Shown one piece after another: positions 1-9,162 of a stretch of 64,000 bases of DNA. The translations under genes were made by a program, and so were the position numbers. The notes below the pieces were generated by a model. The model ran no database searches. It had not been told where the DNA came from and worked only from the letters and a program-made list of their open reading frames with translations. Positions within the stretch are counted from its first letter, which is position 1; each line of letters starts with the position of its first letter. The DNA comes from an uncultured Actinomycetota bacterium. Lineage in GTDB: Bacteria > Actinomycetota > Actinomycetes > Streptosporangiales > Streptosporangiaceae. Where the stretch lies: NCBI GenBank assembly GCA_963815575.1, contig CAWFHE010000004.1, positions 133,748 to 197,747 of the forward strand. Reading direction: 5' to 3'.

Positions 1-1
1 G

Positions 2-424
2 CATGACGAGAATTTGACCAAAGCCGAACTCGACCTGCTCGTCGGCCCGGACGTCGCCGCTGAGTTGGAGCGGATCACGCTAGCGGTCTACCGGCGGGGT
101 GCCGAGCTAGCCGCGGAGCGCGGCATAATCGTGGCCGACACCAAGATCGAACTCGGCTTCGACCAGGCCGGGACCCTGCGCCTGGCCGATGAGGTGCTGA
201 CTCCGGACTCGTCAAGGTTCTGGCCGGCGGAAGCGTGGCAGCCGGGCCGCAGTCAGGTCTCGTTTGACAAGCAGTTCGTCCGGGACTGGCTCACCTCGCC
301 AGCGTCCGGGTGGGACCGGCACGGCCAGGAGCCGCCGCCGCCATTGCCTGATCGGATCGTCGAGCAAACCCGGCACATGTATGTGGCGGCGTTCGAGCGT
401 ATCACCGGTATCCGGTGGAGCTAA
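2..424 (+). CDS. purC: phosphoribosylaminoimidazole-succinocarboxamide synthase (SAICAR synthetase), C-terminal part; the 5' end lies outside the window
   Basis: The reading frame is open to the window edge. The translation (IIVADTKIELGFD...LTPDSSRFWP...SFDKQFVRDWL) matches the conserved PurC C-terminal half. Confidence 0.85.
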   Translation, partial: HDENLTKAELDLLVGPDVAAELERITLAVYRRGAELAAERGIIVADTKIELGFDQAGTLRLADEVLTPDSSRFWPAEAWQPGRSQVSFDKQFVRDWLTSPASGWDRHGQEPPPPLPDRIVEQTRHMYVAAFERITGIRWS

Positions 425-639
425 GAGCAGTATCCCCTGGTCATTACGTTATGAAGCCGCTCAGGTACGTTACGTAACACTGCCATCATGGTCTGGGGGG
501 CTCGGTTGCGGTGGAATACTTGACGTCACGACAAGCGGGCGGCCTTGCTCAGGGTTGGCCGCAGTCTGCATGGGCAGAGGCGCCGGGCACCGTCCCGGCT
601 ATCGGCAGGATGCGGCTAACTGACGGGAGTTCCATCACG

Positions 640-1920
640 ATGACGAGCGGCCCAGAAACCCGCTATATCGTCCGGGGGGGTAACCCGCTTCAAGGCACTG
701 TTTTCGTCCAGGGCGCCAAGAACGCCGCTCTGAAGATGATCGCGGCGTCGCTGCTCGCGGAGAAGGGCCGCACGGTCCTCCGGAACATTCCGGTGATCGA
801 AGATGTCCGCCGGGCCGTGGAGCTGGCTCAGGCGGTCGGCGCAGTGGTGAAGTTCCATGAGGCTGAACGGACTCTCGTCGTAGACGCCTCCGAACTGACC
901 AGTTCGGTGCTTCCCGAGGAGATCGCGCGGCGGTTCCGCGCCTCCGTGCTGTTCGTGCCGGCGCTATTGCACCGGCTCGGTGAGGCCACCATCGAGGGCG
1001 TCGGGGGCTGCAACCTCGGCAGCCGTAACCTCGACTTCCATTACCGCGGCTTTGCCCGGCTCGGCGCAATCGTGGAAGAAGACGAAACCGTCATCCACAT
1101 CAAGGCCGACCGGCTGCGTGGCGCCCACCTGTACCTGGACACGCCATCGCACACCGGTACCGAGAACCTCATCATGGCCGCCTCGCTGGCGCCCGGCACC
1201 ACGATCATCGACAACACCGCGCTCGAGCCCGAGGTCCTCGACGTCATCGCGTTCCTGACCAAGATGGGCGCGCACATCACCGGTGGCGGCACCGGCTTCG
1301 TCACCGTTGAGGGCGTCGACGAGCTGACCGCGGTTGAGCACACGGTCATGGCTGACCGGATCGACGCGGGCGTGTTCGCCATGGCCGCGGCGATCACCGG
1401 TGGTGAGCTCAGCCTGGTCGGCGCATCTCTCGAGCACTTCGGCGTCGCCCGCTGGAAGCTTGAGCAGATGGGCGTGGAATTCGCCACACACGGCGCGATC
1501 GTTCAGGTCAAGCGGGATCGCCAGCTTCGGCCGATCAACGTGATCACGGACACCTATCCGGGCTTCGCCACCGACCTGCAGTCTCCGATCATGGCGCTCA
1601 GCTGCCTGGCAGACGGCACCAGCTACATCCGGGAGACCATCTTCGACGGCCGCTACATGCTGGCCGAGGAGCTCAACAAGATGGGCGCCAAGGTCGAGGT
1701 GGCAGGCAACGCCGTCCTGGTGCACGGGCCGACGCCGCTGCATGGTTGCGAGGTCATCGCGCACGATCTGCGGTCCGGCGTCGCACTGATCCTGGCCGGG
1801 CTCGCCGCCGACGGCGAGACGGTCGTTGCACCTGGTTACCTGATCGACCGTGGCCACGCCTCGATGGCCACCAGGCTGGCGACGCTGGGCGCCGACATTA
1901 CCTCCGAGGTAGTCGGCTAG
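640..1920 (+). CDS. murA: UDP-N-acetylglucosamine 1-carboxyvinyltransferase
   Basis: The translation 'IVRGGNPLQGTVFVQGAKNAALKMIAASLL...' and the overall length are typical of MurA. I chose the ATG at 640, preceded by GGGAG at 625-629, rather than the ORF-track start at 511. Confidence 0.9.
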   Translation: MTSGPETRYIVRGGNPLQGTVFVQGAKNAALKMIAASLLAEKGRTVLRNIPVIEDVRRAVELAQAVGAVVKFHEAERTLVVDASELTSSVLPEEIARRFRASVLFVPALLHRLGEATIEGVGGCNLGSRNLDFHYRGFARLGAIVEEDETVIHIKADRLRGAHLYLDTPSHTGTENLIMAASLAPGTTIIDNTALEPEVLDVIAFLTKMGAHITGGGTGFVTVEGVDELTAVEHTVMADRIDAGVFAMAAAITGGELSLVGASLEHFGVARWKLEQMGVEFATHGAIVQVKRDRQLRPINVITDTYPGFATDLQSPIMALSCLADGTSYIRETIFDGRYMLAEELNKMGAKVEVAGNAVLVHGPTPLHGCEVIAHDLRSGVALILAGLAADGETVVAPGYLIDRGHASMATRLATLGADITSEVVG

Positions 1921-2133
1921 CGCCAGCGCAGTCCGCGAGCGCCAGGCCAGCCGGCCAGCGCGAGCCCTTAGTTTCGTCAGCTGGCCCGGCGTCGTGATCG
2001 ACACCGGGCTACCTCATGACTTTGCTCTGCCTTCTGTGACCGGTTTGCCGTCTTCCCGCCAGCGCCAGCGTGAGTTAGTAATAGGTAGGGAGCACTTCGG
2101 CGCTGCTGCCGGGGACGGCATGGCCGGGACGGG

Positions 2134-3681
2134 GTGGCCAGAGTGGCTGGAGGCGTTAAGCGGGGCACGCCGGGCAAGGGCCTGCCCTCGCGCCAGGAGG
2201 TTACCGTCGGCCTTGTCGGGCCGCACGCCCTGCTGGAGCGGATTGTGCTAGCCGCCGGGCTGCCCGATAGCCCCGGCCGGGTTAGCGCCAGCCTTCGCAT
2301 GACCGCGAACGGCGCCGATGACGACAGCTTGCAGTGTCGCCTGCTGACGGCCGCTTACGCCGACGAGCAGGAAGCCCCGGACAAAGTGGGCAGGCTCGGC
2401 ACTGCCGACGCCTGTCTGTTCGCGAGTCCGGCACCGCTGGAGTACGCCCGGCGCGCGGGCGTCCTGCACACTCCAGCAATCCACATCCACCTCGCCGACG
2501 GACCGCTGATCGCGGCGCTGGCGCGCGCGGCTCAGGCCGGCTACGACCCGGCCCGCGCCAGCTTCGACACCTTCAGCCGGCTTGAGGCGATGCACGCGCT
2601 GGCAGAGCTGGGCGTACCCGCGCGCCGGCTGCACGTGCGCGAGGAGATAGCGACGCCAGCAGCCACGGCGTCCTACCACTACCGGCTCTGGCGGCTCGGC
2701 CAGACGTCGGCGGCCGTAACCTGCCTCGACGAGGTCGCGCGCCGGCTGACGGCTAGCCAGGTACCGGTAATCGCGGTACAGCCGACTGATCACGCGATCG
2801 CCTCCGCGCTCCGGACGGCGATCTTGCTAGCCGAGCGGCACGCGCTAACCGCAGCGCAGCTCGCGGTCGCGATGGTCGAAGTACCGGAATTGCGCGACCG
2901 GCCCGGCCGACGCGCGCCCAGGCAGGCCAGGGAGGAACTCCGGCTGGCCGTGCACGGCTTCCTGGTACACGAAGCCCGGCAGATCCAGGCAACCGTGAGC
3001 CCGGTCAGCGAGCACGGATTCTTGATGATCGCCACCCGCGGCTCCCTGGCGCCGGCTACAGCCGCAGACGGAGAGCTGCAATTCCAGGAGACTGCGGCCC
3101 GAACGCTGGGCGTCAGCCTCGACGTCGGCATCGGTATCGGACGGACCGAAGGCGAGGCTGAGGAAGCCGCGCGGAAGCGGCTGATGCCAGGACCGACAGC
3201 GAGCGCGGGACAGCGAGCGCGCAGGCCGGCGCCGGTGCTCCTTGCCACGGCGGCTGACCCCGAGGGCGAGCTACCGCCGGCCGAGATGGCGCACGCCGTG
3301 CTAACGCCTGCCGAGCTGCCACCTGCCGAGCTGACGCCTGTCACGGGGTCGCGGCGAGCGGCTGGCAGGCCCGCCACTGCGCGCACTGGCACGGCGCCGG
3401 ACAGCCTCAGCCGGCTGCGCAGCCTGGAGACGCTGACGAAGCTCGCTCAGAAGCTCGCGGCCGACGACGCGCCCGTCGTGGACGCCGAGCTCACTGGCCA
3501 GCTGCTGTCGGTTACCCCGCGGACGGCGCGCCGCCAGCTTCGCGCGATGGCTGACCAGGGACTTGCGCTGCCACTGCCGCCGCGACGCAACCGCCACCCC
3601 GGCAGGCCACGGCAGGCTTACCGGCTGGTTGTGGAGGAGCTTGGCCGGGAGTCCAGCCCGCTGGCCAGCCAGGGCCGCTAG
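2134..3681 (+). CDS. putative transcriptional regulator (GGDEF-like fold region plus C-terminal helix-turn-helix; PucR/CdaR-like architecture)
   Basis: 515-aa ORF. The C-terminus '...LSVTPRTARRQLRAMADQGL...' looks like an HTH. '...GVSLDVGIGIGRTEGEAEEAARKRL' resembles the end of a GGDEF-like domain. There is an Ala/Pro-rich linker. The start codon is uncertain. Confidence 0.4.
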   Translation: MARVAGGVKRGTPGKGLPSRQEVTVGLVGPHALLERIVLAAGLPDSPGRVSASLRMTANGADDDSLQCRLLTAAYADEQEAPDKVGRLGTADACLFASPAPLEYARRAGVLHTPAIHIHLADGPLIAALARAAQAGYDPARASFDTFSRLEAMHALAELGVPARRLHVREEIATPAATASYHYRLWRLGQTSAAVTCLDEVARRLTASQVPVIAVQPTDHAIASALRTAILLAERHALTAAQLAVAMVEVPELRDRPGRRAPRQAREELRLAVHGFLVHEARQIQATVSPVSEHGFLMIATRGSLAPATAADGELQFQETAARTLGVSLDVGIGIGRTEGEAEEAARKRLMPGPTASAGQRARRPAPVLLATAADPEGELPPAEMAHAVLTPAELPPAELTPVTGSRRAAGRPATARTGTAPDSLSRLRSLETLTKLAQKLAADDAPVVDAELTGQLLSVTPRTARRQLRAMADQGLALPLPPRRNRHPGRPRQAYRLVVEELGRESSPLASQGR

Positions 3682-3729
3682 CCGACCGGGGGTGCTAGCC
3701 GCGCCGCAGCCGTAAGCCGGCCGAGCCCG

Positions 3730-4752
3730 CTAGCTGGACCAGCTGCTGATCACGTCCCGGCCGAACCGGGCCATCTCCTCCCGCTGCGGCGAGAACTGCA
3801 GCAGCATGAGGCCCACACCCGCCTGCTCGTATGCGCGCAACCGATGCTCGATCTGCTCAGGCGTCCCGATCAATCCACTGCGCAGGCCGCGATTAGAGAC
3901 GCTGTACTCCTCGATCGAGACCTGCGATTCGAGCTGAGATCCCTCGATGAAATCCCGGTAGGACGCGTAGGCCTCCGGCGACGAACGGATATCCAGCACC
4001 CGGTCCAGTTCTGCCTGCGCCTCGGCTTCGGTGTCACGGCAGATCACGTAGCCGGACACCCCGAAAGTGAGCGGCGGGCCACCCGCGGCAGCCCGGCGGG
4101 TGCTGAGGTCGCCAACCTTGGCAGCTATCACCTCGGGCGCATCGCCGTGCATCACGTAGGCGTCCGCTTGCGCGGCGATGACGTCCTTCGCCTTGGGCGA
4201 CTCGCCGCCCATATAGACCGGCGGCAGCCTGGAGGGCTTGGGTTCAAGCTCTGTCCCGGCCAGCTGATACAGCGGGCCGGAATGGGTCACGGACTCCTCG
4301 CTCAGCAGCCGGCCGACGACCTCAAGCCACTCCTGCGTCCGGGCGTACCGGGCGTCGTGCACATCGAAAGGTGCGCCGTACTGGGCCGCCTCGTCCTTCC
4401 ACCAGGACGACACCACGTTCAGCGAGACCCGGCCAGGCGCGATGACATCGAGCGTGGACAGTGCCTTGGCCGTCAGCGCCGGGGCGTGGTAATTCGGCCG
4501 CACCGCCAGCATGAGCTCGAGACTGCTGGTCACGGCCGCTACCGCGGGGGCGAGGCTCCAGCAGTCCAGTGACGGCGCGCGATGGCCCTTGATGTCATTG
4601 AGATTCAGCTCGGCGATCAGCGACAGGTGGAAGCCGAGCTGCTCGCTCTCGGCGGCCAGATCCCGGATGTATGGCCAGGACACCGGCATGCCCTCGTCCG
4701 CCACGTTGCGCAGCCAGCCACCGAAGACCGGCATCCAGTACCCGAATCGCAT
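3730..4752 (-). CDS. LLM-class flavin-dependent oxidoreductase (luciferase-like monooxygenase, SfnG-like)
   Basis: 340 aa. 'MRFGYWMPVFGGWL...', 'GRVSLNVVSSWW' and 'LIGTPEQIEHRLRAYEQAGV' are typical LLM/SfnG-family blocks. The start ATG overlaps the upstream stop (TGATG at 4750-4754). Confidence 0.8.
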   Translation of the reverse strand: MRFGYWMPVFGGWLRNVADEGMPVSWPYIRDLAAESEQLGFHLSLIAELNLNDIKGHRAPSLDCWSLAPAVAAVTSSLELMLAVRPNYHAPALTAKALSTLDVIAPGRVSLNVVSSWWKDEAAQYGAPFDVHDARYARTQEWLEVVGRLLSEESVTHSGPLYQLAGTELEPKPSRLPPVYMGGESPKAKDVIAAQADAYVMHGDAPEVIAAKVGDLSTRRAAAGGPPLTFGVSGYVICRDTEAEAQAELDRVLDIRSSPEAYASYRDFIEGSQLESQVSIEEYSVSNRGLRSGLIGTPEQIEHRLRAYEQAGVGLMLLQFSPQREEMARFGRDVISSWSS

Positions 4753-5690
4753 CAGGCCTCCTTCGCCCCGGCCTTGGCCAGCAGGCCGCCGAGATAGCTA
4801 GCCACCGCCGGGAGGGCCGGGCGTGGGGCGAGCGCCTCGATCTCGGCGTTGTAGTTCGTGGTGGTGTTGATGTCATAGGTGACGAGCCGCCCGTCGACGG
4901 TCTCGATGAACTCAAACCCGGCAATGCCGATCCCGTGCGTGACTGCGAAGTCCAGGTAACGGCTGACAACCGGGTGGTCGAAACCGGTACGCAGCGCGAA
5001 CAGGCTCGGCTCGGCATCCGGCCCGCCGGCCGGACCGACCGCGCACGCGTCCGCCGGGCAGAGCTGGAACCCGCCGCGCGCCGTATCCGCGGTGATCGCG
5101 TAGATGAATTCGGAGCCTACGATCTCCACCCTGGTGATCCGCGGCTGCGCAGCCACGAGGTACTCCTGCAGCAGCGTGATCCCGTCCGCGGGCGGCTCAT
5201 AATCTGGCCCGGCGAGGTACTGGTCGAAGTCGGCGTGACTCGCGAACGCCCGGACGCCGAGGCCCTTCCCGCCCTGATTGGGCTTGACTATGAAGGGAAC
5301 GGGCAATTTCCTGGCAGCCGCCGCCAGTTCCGCGCGGCCTGCCACGGCAACTGTCCGCGGCACGTCGAACCCGGCTGCCCGCAGCGCCGCGAGTTGCTCG
5401 ACCTTGCTCATCTCCAGATCGAGCACGCGGCGGCCGTTGACGACGCGACGGCCGCTAGCCTCCAGCCAGGCCAGGACGCCTCTGGTCTGGTCCTTGGCGA
5501 ACGGATGGTTCCGAGAATACGAAGACGCGCTCATCCTGGACCAGTACACGCCAGCGGGAGGCTCGGCATCCAGTTCCAGCACAGCCTCGCCGAGCAGCCA
5601 TTGCTCGTGAGGTACGCCCGCCAGATCGAAGGCAGCCGCCAGCGGCGCGTACCAGTCCGGGTTTTCGTGAATAACGTAGAGCTTGCTCAC
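4752..5690 (-). CDS. ATP-grasp domain protein (RimK/alpha-L-glutamate-ligase-like)
   Basis: 312 aa. 'PFIVKPNQGGKGLGV', 'LLQEYL' and 'GFEFIE...YDINTTTNYN' are ATP-grasp fold signatures. GTG start at 5690. Confidence 0.75.
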   Translation of the reverse strand: MSKLYVIHENPDWYAPLAAAFDLAGVPHEQWLLGEAVLELDAEPPAGVYWSRMSASSYSRNHPFAKDQTRGVLAWLEASGRRVVNGRRVLDLEMSKVEQLAALRAAGFDVPRTVAVAGRAELAAAARKLPVPFIVKPNQGGKGLGVRAFASHADFDQYLAGPDYEPPADGITLLQEYLVAAQPRITRVEIVGSEFIYAITADTARGGFQLCPADACAVGPAGGPDAEPSLFALRTGFDHPVVSRYLDFAVTHGIGIAGFEFIETVDGRLVTYDINTTTNYNAEIEALAPRPALPAVASYLGGLLAKAGAKEA

Positions 5691-5743
5691 CGCGTCTGCT
5701 GCTTCATCGGGGTCGGCTGCTTCATCGGGGTCGGCTGCTTCAT
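5687..5743 (-). other. candidate 18-codon mini-ORF (MKQPTPMKQPTPMKQQTR) created by an 18-bp tandem repeat; coding status unproven
   Basis: The ATG at 5743-5741 overlaps the GNAT stop (ATGA). The TGA at 5689-5687 overlaps the ATP-grasp GTG start (GTGA). It is too short to appear in the ORF track. Confidence 0.25.
5699..5743. repeat. 18-bp tandem repeat (ctgcttcatcggggtcgg), about 2.5 copies
   Basis: Exact copies at 5699-5716 and 5717-5734, and a partial copy at 5735-5743. Confidence 0.9.
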
Positions 5744-6249
5744 AGCGCCAGTTTCATCCCTTCGTGCGACGCGACGAACCCGAGCCGCTGATAGAACCGG
5801 TGTGCGTCGAGCCGGGTTTTGTCGCTCGTCAGCTGCACGAGCGCGCAGCCGCGTCGCCGTGCTTCGTCGATCGCCCAGCGCATCATCGCCGTGCCGAGGC
5901 CAGAGCCCTGGGTGCTCTCCGCGACCCGGACGGCCTCGATCTGCGCCCGCACCGCGCCCCGCCGGGCTAGCCCTGGCAGGAACGACAACTGCATGGTGCC
6001 GACGATCTCGCCTGCCAGCTCCGCGACGACCAGGATGTGGGCCGGATCGGCGTCGATCGCCTCGAAAGCCGCGGTGTAGGCGGCCAGATCTGCGGCATCC
6101 CGAACGCCGTCGCGGGTAGCCCCGAGCTGGTCTGCCGCGATCAACTCCACGATGGCTGTCAGGTCGTCCGCCGTAGCCTCTCGCAATACGACAGCGGCCC
6201 GGCCCGCGGTCACAACTGCCAGGGAGCCCATAGGCCTAGTTTGTCGCAT
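5740..6249 (-). CDS. GNAT family N-acetyltransferase
   Basis: 169 aa. 'VAESTQGSGLGTAMMRWAIDEARRRG' is the acetyl-CoA-binding Q/RxxGxG/A motif region. 'RFYQRLGF' is the typical C-terminal block. Confidence 0.85.
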   Translation of the reverse strand: MRQTRPMGSLAVVTAGRAAVVLREATADDLTAIVELIAADQLGATRDGVRDAADLAAYTAAFEAIDADPAHILVVAELAGEIVGTMQLSFLPGLARRGAVRAQIEAVRVAESTQGSGLGTAMMRWAIDEARRRGCALVQLTSDKTRLDAHRFYQRLGFVASHEGMKLAL

Positions 6250-6282
6250 TGCGGAAACGCTACCAAACCGGGCAGGACTTGG

Positions 6283-7806
6283 TCAGCGCGGAGTCACCCA
6301 GGCCGACCAGTCGTTCCACCCGCCCCAGGTATCTGACGAACCGCCGCAGGACAGCAAAACGATTGCGCTGCCCGCCACCGCGACACCACCCTGCGGCCCT
6401 ATACAGAGCCCTGGCGCTGAATATGGCGAGAGCGTCGCAACGTCCGGGCCATCGTAGGGGTACGGCATCGTGGCCGAGAATTCCTGGTCACTCGCCCCAT
6501 CGCAGGTGCGAACCTGCAGCGCGACACCTGCCTGGAAGTCCGACTGCGGCACGGTCAGGCACAACCGGAACTCGTTGAGCGGCCGGATCGAAATGCTCCC
6601 GTCGGCATTGCCCGCAGACAGAGTGCCCGGCGTGACATCGGTCCAGATCTGGCCAATGTCGTCGGGCGTATCAGTCAGCATTACCGCGCTCCCGGACTTG
6701 GCACCGGCTGCGGTCATAGCGTACTGAGTTCCGGAATTCTGCGATTCATCAAGAAACTGCTGGAACTCGCCGGTCGTCGCGGGGTCCAGGTTGGAATAGG
6801 CGAGGGACGTCGTGTCCGGCAACAGCCAGAAAAAGTACGTCTGAGCGCCGGCTGTGTCAGGGCAGCCGGTCAGAAGCACCGGATACTCAGGACCTCGCCC
6901 ATGTGTGCCGGGCTCCAGGCAGTAGCGAGCGTCGTCGACGGCGAACAGGTAGTCGCTCACGTTCGCAGTGATCCGCACATAGATCATGACGAAGAACTGT
7001 GCCGCCGAGCCGTCGCAAGCTGCCAGCACGAGCCGGGCATTCAGTTGCGGCTGGCCGTCGATAGTCAGGCAGTCGGCAGTGTCATCGACCGGGTTGAAAA
7101 CCCAGCCGCCACCCCTCGGATTCACCTCCCACTCCTCGTTGAGCCCGTTACCGATCGGGGCTACCGTCGCCTGCGCGCGGGGCGCGCCAAGGCTGGGCGC
7201 GACCAGATCTTCGAGTTCTCTGGGGCCGAACTGCGCGAACTGACCGACCGCGCTCGCCACGTTCGTCGTCGCCCACGCCTGGCTCTGCAAGTTGGCGCAG
7301 CGTTGGAGCACCACTGTTCTCGCGGTAAAGGTTGCCGACTGCAGATTCACGGTCGACTGTGTGCTGACGCACAGTTTCCGGCCGGAGGCAGCGGCCAGGA
7401 AGAAGACCGGACTACTTGCAGACGGCGCAGTGACCGCGAAGCGCTCACTGGCGTGCCCATCACATGCCCAGAGCTGTAGCTTGCCGCGGCGGTACCGGGC
7501 GCCACCCGGCACGTTGAGGCATAGATTCTGGTCCGCCGCAGGGCGCAAGGTCTGATGCCCGCCGAAGACCCAGCTCTGCCCGGCCGCGCTCTTGCTAGCC
7601 GCCACCCGGACCGGCACGCCAGAAACCGGGTGAGCCGGGACGGTCAGCACCATCCCTGTGTCGAACGCAAACAGGGGCACGCCTACGGTCGCAGCCGCAT
7701 TGGCCGCCTTCGCCGGCGCCGCGGATGCCGGAGCGGCAACCAGCGCACTGGCCACGACAGCAGCGGAACTGATGAGAAGCAGCAGTCCGCCGCGCCCGCG
7801 CGCCAT
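6283..7806 (-). CDS. secreted protein with multiple ricin-type beta-trefoil (lectin) repeats
   Basis: ATG at 7806, with GGAGG 4 nt upstream. The signal-peptide-like N-terminus is 'MARGRGGLLLLISSAAVVASALVAAPASA'. Lectin-like blocks recur: 'LQLWACDGHASERF', 'LVLAACDGSAAQFF', 'LQVRTCDGASDQEF', 'QSQAWAT' and 'GQIWTD'. Confidence 0.7.
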   Translation of the reverse strand: MARGRGGLLLLISSAAVVASALVAAPASAAPAKAANAAATVGVPLFAFDTGMVLTVPAHPVSGVPVRVAASKSAAGQSWVFGGHQTLRPAADQNLCLNVPGGARYRRGKLQLWACDGHASERFAVTAPSASSPVFFLAAASGRKLCVSTQSTVNLQSATFTARTVVLQRCANLQSQAWATTNVASAVGQFAQFGPRELEDLVAPSLGAPRAQATVAPIGNGLNEEWEVNPRGGGWVFNPVDDTADCLTIDGQPQLNARLVLAACDGSAAQFFVMIYVRITANVSDYLFAVDDARYCLEPGTHGRGPEYPVLLTGCPDTAGAQTYFFWLLPDTTSLAYSNLDPATTGEFQQFLDESQNSGTQYAMTAAGAKSGSAVMLTDTPDDIGQIWTDVTPGTLSAGNADGSISIRPLNEFRLCLTVPQSDFQAGVALQVRTCDGASDQEFSATMPYPYDGPDVATLSPYSAPGLCIGPQGGVAVAGSAIVLLSCGGSSDTWGGWNDWSAWVTPR

Positions 7807-8050
7807 AGTTCCTCCAGCGGCCCGATGACCATTGCCCGCGCTGGCCGCCGCCGATGCTGGCCGCACCATTCCCAGACTGCCTAGAGATTGCCATAATTCA
7901 TACCATCCGGCAATAACCTTGCAATCCACGCTCATCAGGCAACCCCCGAGGCAGTTGCGGTGGCTATATCCGCAACCAAGGATTGCTGTCGACTGTGCTT
8001 ATCGCCGCATTGACCGGTGGCCCGGTTCCCGTGGCGGCCGCGCGACGTGG

Positions 8051-9127
8051 TCAGGTTCGGTGCGGATAGCTGGCCGCGACGGCGAGGAACGCATCGTTCG
8101 CCTCGGCGTTCGCGATCGTCACCCGCACGCCGTCGGGCGGGTACGGCCGGACGCTGACACCGGCTGCGTCGCAGGCGTCGCTGAACTGCACCGACTCCGT
8201 GGCCAGGGGCAGCCAGACGAAGTTGGCCTCGGACGGCGGCACGGTCCAGCCTTGGCCCAGCAACTCGCTGCGGACCCGGTCACGTTCCTTGACGACCTGC
8301 TCGACTCGCTCCAGCAGTTCCGACTCCGCGGCCAGCGACGCGATCGCAGCGGCCTGGGCCAGTGAGTTGACCGTGAACGGGAGCATCGTCTTGCGCACCG
8401 CCTGGGCGACCGGCTCGTGCCCGACCAGGTAACCGACGCGCAGGCCCGCCAGCCCGTACGCCTTGGAGAATGTCCGCAGCACCGCGACGTTCGGCCGGTC
8501 GCCATACAAGCTGAGGCCGTCCGGAACCTCCGGGTCGCGAACATATTGCACGTACGCCTCATCGAGTACGACGAGGCAGTCCGCAGGCACCTGATCAAGG
8601 AAGGCAGCCAGCTCGCCCCGCTTAACCGCCGTTCCCGTCGGATTGTTGGGTGTACAGACGAAGATCAGGCGAGTCCGGTCGGTGATCGCCGCAGCCATCG
8701 CCGGCAGGTCGTGGCTGGAGTCTACGAGCGGTACCCGAACCGAGGTCGCGCCGGCAAGGTCTGACAGGTACGGGTACGCCTCGAAGGAGCGCCAGGCGTA
8801 GAGCACCTCGGCGCCGGGCTCGCCGACCGCTTCCAGCAGTTGCTGCGCGATTCCGACGGAGCCGCAGCCGACCGCGACGTGCTCGGCCGGCACGCCGAAC
8901 CGGGCGGCGATCGCCTCGGTCAGGGCGGCCGCGGTGTTGTCCGGGTAGCGGTTGACGTGGCGGGCAGCGTCGGCGATAACCGCTGCGACTGATGGCAGCG
9001 GATCGTACGGCGACTCGTTGGAGGACAGCTTGAACGTCTTGCCGCTGGCAGCCGCGGGTGCTTTGCCCGGCTTGTACCCCGCGAACTGGTCCAGGACCTG
9101 CCGGAACCGTGGTGACTGCTCGGACAC
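8051..9127 (-). CDS. histidinol-phosphate / aromatic aminotransferase family (class II PLP aminotransferase)
   Basis: 358 aa. It has the PLP-lysine block '[15 protein letters not shown]', plus 'NPNNPTG' as 'TPNNPTG'. Confidence 0.85.
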   Translation of the reverse strand: MSEQSPRFRQVLDQFAGYKPGKAPAAASGKTFKLSSNESPYDPLPSVAAVIADAARHVNRYPDNTAAALTEAIAARFGVPAEHVAVGCGSVGIAQQLLEAVGEPGAEVLYAWRSFEAYPYLSDLAGATSVRVPLVDSSHDLPAMAAAITDRTRLIFVCTPNNPTGTAVKRGELAAFLDQVPADCLVVLDEAYVQYVRDPEVPDGLSLYGDRPNVAVLRTFSKAYGLAGLRVGYLVGHEPVAQAVRKTMLPFTVNSLAQAAAIASLAAESELLERVEQVVKERDRVRSELLGQGWTVPPSEANFVWLPLATESVQFSDACDAAGVSVRPYPPDGVRVTIANAEANDAFLAVAASYPHRT

Positions 9128-9162
9128 CGTTGTCCTCCCTGAGCTGCTCGGGACTCCCGGAA

